DNA from: Podarcis cretensis
Lineage: Eukaryota
Assembly: GCA_951804945.1 (NCBI GenBank)
Contig: OX638163.1
Location: 18,662,001-18,726,000, forward strand
Length of the DNA: 64,000 nucleotides
Direction: 5' to 3'
Part shown: piece by piece, positions 58,460 through 64,000 of the stretch
How the letters are laid out: each line of letters begins with the position of its first letter
Position numbering within the stretch: position 1 is the first letter of the stretch
Notes under the pieces: model-generated
Database searches by the model: none
What the model saw: only the letters and a program-made list of their open reading frames with translations
What the model was told of the DNA's origin: nothing
Program-made: the position numbers and the translations under genes

Positions 58460-58622
58460 CTGTATGCGAATCTAATGCACAATGCACCTCCATTTTCAAA
58501 ACCTTGAAAGCAAAAAAGTATTTGTGGTGAATGTAAATGCACCATCAAACCTAAGGTGCACCCTAATTTTCAATACTTAGTTTGGTCAAAAAAAGGTGTG
58601 CATTACATTTGAGTAAATACGG
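58460..58622. mobile_element. Decayed Tc1/mariner-type MITE
   Basis: TA-CTGTAT...TAATGCAC and GTGCATTA...ATACGG-TA inverted termini. Confidence 0.55.
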
Positions 58623-61600
58623 TAAATCATGTGTAATGTTTTGTTCAATGACCCAGCTTGCTTGTCAGGGGGAAAACTGCCTCCACTCTTGGAACTGTTG
58701 TTCTCTGATGTTTGTTGGGACCTGTGATTTGGCCCAAAGTTGGGGCCAGGCCTTCCTAGGCAAGACCACAAACAAGTGACCTTTCACCTCTTGGGCACAT
58801 GGCTCACTGCCTGCAAAGCGGGATGGAAGTAAGAGCTGCCCATATAAAACATGATCCTGAGGCTTAGTACAGCTGTGATCCAGGTTGCTGCAGGGCTAGG
58901 AGCAGCTGCCTTTGGCATTCAGGGGGAGCCTGAAAGCTCCATCTCCAAACAGTGAAGCAATTACTTTTGTGTTTCTTATCTCCCTGGTCTCAAAACCCAT
59001 AAGTCCTGGAAACTCACAGATCCTTATCAAGACCCCCCCACCCCTTTTTCAATGCACACATTTACTTCAGCCATTTAAGTTTGCCATGGAAGAGAAATTT
59101 CTGAAGGAGGGAGAAATCCGAGCAGTGCCTTTTCTAGGTCAGCCTGCCTTTTATTTATTCATGCATATTTTCTGCTTCATCCAAAGGGTTTGAAGCTTTT
59201 CAATAAAATGCATAAATAATACTCCTCCAGTATTATTAGTCTTGCTATTATTTATTTAATAATAATTGTTATTATTAATTTGCTTTTGGGTCACAGAATG
59301 AAATCTTCTGAAAATTTCATCCTGTCCCACCTGTCAAGAGCCCCATGAATTGAGAGGAGAGGCAGGCTCCTCCTCCTCCTCTCCTTCTTCCTCTTCCTTC
59401 TCTACCTCATGAAGAGAGTCATCGAGGAGGGCAGAGCAGTGTTCAAAGTTCACCAGGTGCCACGTGACCAAGTGAAGATGCCAGGCGCCAGGATGGCTTA
59501 CACCTCCACCATCTGGAGGTGCATGCCTGGGGATCCTTCGATCTTGCCTGTTTTCACACATTAACAACTAATCCTGTAGAATTCTATCAGTGATATTTTA
59601 TCTGCACAATCAGAATGAATTTCAGGAACAAAAAGCCGTATTGAAAAATAGAAGTTTCAAGCCGTCTGGCCCCAACATGGCAACTAGACATTCTGTTTTG
59701 GTGTCTATAACCCTGGTTGAAGGAGGTGTTTGGCGCCTAGTTTATATATCTGAGTTTCTAACACTGGTGCAGAGGCCAGATCTCCAGGGATTTCAGGGAC
59801 AGTTTGCTCCAGTGAATGTCTAAATGGACTTTTTCAGGGTAAGGGATGGGAGCTGCAACCTGCAGAATGGTAGCTTTGCAGTGGCTGTGTTTAGCACTCT
59901 GCACATACTCACAGGCATAGTCTACTTGCTCTGGGCACAGAGATACCGGGGTCCCCTCTTTATGCTTTCTTAAGAAAGAAGCTGGATTACTTCTTGCTTG
60001 GTGCCTGTGAAAAGGACTGAAAAAGAACACACAAACCCTTTTGTGTTGGCGGGGATAGGAGAGAGTGGTGTGGTTTCTGGGACTCACAGACTCGCCAGTG
60101 AAATCACACAAGGCTCTTTGGGCCTGGTTTTGTGTTCTCAAAACCTGCTGCACCAAAATAACATGAAACTCTTCCAGGGATCATAGCGGGGAATCTGCTT
60201 TGTGAGCTTTGCAAAGATTCAGCCACTGTTTTGCTTCATGGTCTGCCTGGTTGCCACCCAGGTTCATGACATTCTTTAACTGTAGCCCTGCACCTGGCTA
60301 CCAAAGAAAAAAGAAAAAAAGCAAGGGGGAAAAAGCTGGGGATTGGAAGATATTTCAGCGCCTCTCCTAAATCTTGCACCTTGTTTTAGAATTAGCATGT
60401 GGGACAAATGGAGCATTTCTTTCCTTTTGGGTCTGTAAATTGCTCTTTTGCTTAATATAAGTACACGGCATACAGCTTAATGTCTGAAGTAATAATAAAG
60501 CAAAGAAGCCTCTTTGCAGAGCAGCAATGCCCTTGCTTGCTTTTGCATTTTTTATCCTCCTGCCCACCTGTTCACCAGCAGTGCCCCCAAAATGATGCCT
60601 TCCCAAATATCCCTAGGCGGACAGAGGAGTCTTCTGCCTGGCAGCTGCTTCTACCCCTTGTTATCAGTGAATTCCTCTGCCTACCTGCCATGTTTGCATG
60701 TCTACAAGGGGTGCAGCGTTTCTCCCCATAATTTCCTTCCTAGCAAGCTTGTGGGGTAGGCCAGCCTGAGAGGCAATGACTGGCCTTGAAATCACCCAGT
60801 GATCTCCATAGTAGAATGGGAATTGATCCTGGGGCCCTACCCCACCCCCACTTGACCATAGTCCTCCACTTACAGCGTACTTGATCTTCTGAAGTGTTTG
60901 GTGCCTTTTCCAGAATCTTCATATCTGGAAGCATTTTGATGCCCAGTTTTAATGCATCTTTGCAAGAGAGCAGAGTTAAGGTTGCAACCCTAAATTTGAA
61001 TTTCCTGATGCTTGCAGAAACGTTTTCTGTTTTTAATGCACCATAGATTACTAGGCTTGTTTCAGTTCTCATTATGGACTTAAATTCTGTTAAACGTTGG
61101 AGGGGTTCTTTTGTTCTCAGCAGTTTTCCTCTTGTTGTTTTTTTGAAGACTGTAAAATCATTAGTGTGAAGGAAGATTAAAAAGATGCATAACAATTAAA
61201 ATGTTAATGCTGCCTGCATTTCTGACTTCTGAAGCTGCTCAAGCATCCTGGACCATCTTCTCTTCCTCCCCGTCTCATCTTAACTGCACAATTTTTATTC
61301 TGCACTGACCCCCTGCTGAGTCAGTTATCCTGAAATGGGAACACAGACACACACATTTGGGGAGTGGGGGACTTCAAGGCAACGAGCCCTGGGTCCTGTT
61401 GGTCCCCAAGGGACACCTGCCTGCCACCTCCTACTCAGTCCTGCTCTTACAGGTGGCAGTATTGGCTCTCAGGACGCATTGGTGCTGCCATAGGCTGCCT
61501 TGCCCACCAGCTGTGGCAGGGACCTGCTCCCTTCCTCTCTGCCTTACACTTTGCCCCAATCTCATTAGCAGCTCTCCCATCTGCAGGGCCAGTGGGAAGA

Positions 61601-62150
61601 CACACCAAGTGCCTCTGTCTAAGCACCAGGTCCAACAACTCCCAGAGTTAGCAATTGGGATCTGCAAGGGGGGGGGGGTGTAAGCTGCCAGCAGGGAAGG
61701 AGATTCCCCCCTCCCACCACTGCTGGTTTGTCGTTGGAAGTTGCATTTTTGCCTGAAATGTACTGTCTTCCAGAGCTGATTGACATCTTGGACTCTTGGG
61801 ATTGCCTTTGAATAACTTGCTTGGATGTTTGAGTTCCTTTATTTTTATGTACAGTATTTAAATTGTTATCCCACTTAACCCCAAAAATGTGTCTCCAGCT
61901 GCCTGCCACGTGCAGGGAGACATTCCCAAAACTGTTTTATGGATGTGGAATGACAACATCTGAAACAGCAATCCAAGATGCCAGTGAATTTGGCCGCAGC
62001 CTTTGCTGCTCCTGATTTTATAAATTCCCTCTTTCTCAAATAGTGAAGGAAACAAACTGATCCATCTGTTCTTTGCATTGGTGAAGATCTCATGACAACT
62101 GTGCAGCCATTTAGTGGTTATTGCTCAAACCTCTCTTGAAGCAGATATTA

Positions 62151-62458
62151 CAGTCATACCTTGGGTTGAAGTAGCTTCGGGTTAAGCATTTTCGGGTAGC
62201 GCTCCATGGTTTCGCCGCTCGCGCATGCACAGGCGCTCAAAATGACATCACGTGCGGAAGCGACAAATCACGACATGCGCAGACGCGGGTTGTGTTCACT
62301 TCAGGAATATGAACAGGGCTCCGGAACAGATCCCGTTCACAACCAGAGGTACCACTTTAAAAAGTAAAGGTAAAGGGACCCCTGACCATTAGGTCCAGTC
62401 GTGACCGACTCTGGGGTTGTGGCGCTCATCTTGCTTTCTTGGCCGAGGGAGCCCACTG
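62151..62458. mobile_element. Tc1/mariner-type MITE with a truncated Sauria SINE (62357-62452, minus) in its right TIR
   Basis: TA-CAGTCATACC...GAGGTACCACT[SINE tail]CCACTG-TA; CCACT is duplicated. Confidence 0.75.
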
Positions 62459-64000
62459 TACTACCTCACAAAGTCCCATACACAATTTGGGGGAGGTGCT
62501 CCTAGACATAGGGGAGTCAAAAATCTCTGATGGAATCAGCCAGCCTCTTTTGTCCGAGATGCCAGCAGATCTCACATCATAAGAAACTGGTGGTCCTTAT
62601 GATGCAACAAGACTTTTTGCTGTTTTCTGCAACAGAATGGCACAATGACCCTTCAGGAACAATTTTCATATAAATCACAAGATGTATAACAAGGATAAAA
62701 AAAAACCCCAACAGCAGCACACACACCCTGCCACAAACTCCCTGAAAACAACCCCACAGTCCAGCTTTAGCAGCTGGAGTCAGTTGGGACCCCACCCTCC
62801 CAGGCCAGGTAGAAAAGCATCCTGAAGAGATGTGCAGGATAGCAAAAGCTTTTAGGAAACAATTGAAAAGTTGCATATATAAAAACAGTCTAAACTTTCA
62901 TTGCTTATGTGTGTGTATACGTATATATGCCCTCAGTTTAAAACAGTGGCACATGCATCCAGTCAGCATAACAGCTTCCCCAGTGTAGGAGGCCCAAGGC
63001 CGAAGCTGACGCTTCTTTTGCTTCAAGCTTTGTTTTCCCAGAACCTACAATAGCACAGTTCAGATAATGCCAAGGCTGGCTGACGGCCATTTCAGACAAA
63101 ACAGGGGCAGTGGAGTATGTGTGTCAGATGTAAGGGGCTCAAGGGGCCTCCTAGGAGTGGTGTCCAAAATAGGACTCTTTTGTGAGAGATGGAAAACTGT
63201 CATAAATGGCAGATTTGTCTCCCCATTACTTCCCCTGATATTTCTGAGCTTGAATGAAAGCCTGGGCCATCACCAACTCAATCACCTTCCTCCTCCCACA
63301 CTACTTGTTTTTATTAATGCATTAATTAGTGCTCCCCCTTCTCCCTCCCCTCCCCCCCCTGTGCCCATAGAATGGAATCTGCTAAACAAATGGCTCTGAA
63401 GACATCCTCTTCCTTATAAGATGTTTGTGTGGCATCATGAATTAGAGGAGCAAGAGGTTTTAATTCAAACACAGTCGCAAGAAGGGATATTTTTCTCCGC
63501 TCAGTTTTCTCCTTACATAAATGTTTTCTTTTATAGTGCAAATTACTATGGAGAATGTTTTGACTAAACTTTCCAGGCTTTTCCTGGCACTCTGGAGAAA
63601 TGACAACTGATTGTTCAGGCTTTGTCAGGGTTCTTGACAAGCCTTTTGCTTCTCCCTCCTGCTCCCAGGGCTGTAGTCTCTCTGCCCCCCCACCTGCTCC
63701 CTCCAGGTATAATTCTCTACTTGGGCTGTGGGGCTTCCTGAAGGGGCTGCAATCTGCCTCCCCCTCAGTGGCCCAATTCATTCTTGCCTCTTTCCAGATA
63801 CCTAACATTGCAAGGGGTTGAAATAGATGGCCTTTCTGAACCCTTTGAACTCTCGGTCTGTGACTCCATGGGAGAGGCAGCTCTGCAGAGTTAGTTTACT
63901 GCCCTTGCAATAAATGCATCTTTGATCCCCAAACTAGGGAAGAGTTAATCCTTTTCACATCTACAGTGATACAATTTAATTTTTTTTTCTTCTTCTCTCA

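Noticed and set aside
1-64000. CRISPR arrays, operons, rRNA, snRNA genes or LHX3/NACC2 coding exons
   Set aside because: The DNA is eukaryotic; I saw no regular repeat-spacer array, structural RNA match, or LIM, homeodomain or BTB peptide

Overview
Vertebrate genomic DNA from a squamate, most likely a lacertid lizard. The evidence is Sauria SINEs with (ACCTTT)n tails, a Squam3-type SINE with a (CTT)n tail, a Bov-B end, and abundant CR1, L2, L1 and MITE relics. The only recognisable cellular CDS is TMEM250 (C9orf69), + strand 43188-43607, whose first exon lies in a CpG island at about 39.6-40.3 kb. A second CpG island at about 53.8-54.6 kb has a strong splice donor and, by amniote synteny (LHX3 - TMEM250 - NACC2), is probably the non-coding first exon of NACC2. 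By the same inference 1-39.6 kb is the gene desert 3' of LHX3; it holds several clusters of homeodomain, Pbx-Hox-Meis and CTCF motifs. Most notable observations: (1) a splice-dependent uORF architecture in front of TMEM250; (2) a decayed Ty1/Copia element (gag with zinc knuckle, copia-type half-tRNA PBS, candidate LTR) at the left edge, which the ORF track shows only as a fragment; (3) a Penelope-type inverted repeat carrying a degenerate hammerhead motif; (4) a double-tailed CR1-derived composite that occurs three times. Repeat boundaries were read by eye and are approximate unless a TSD is given.
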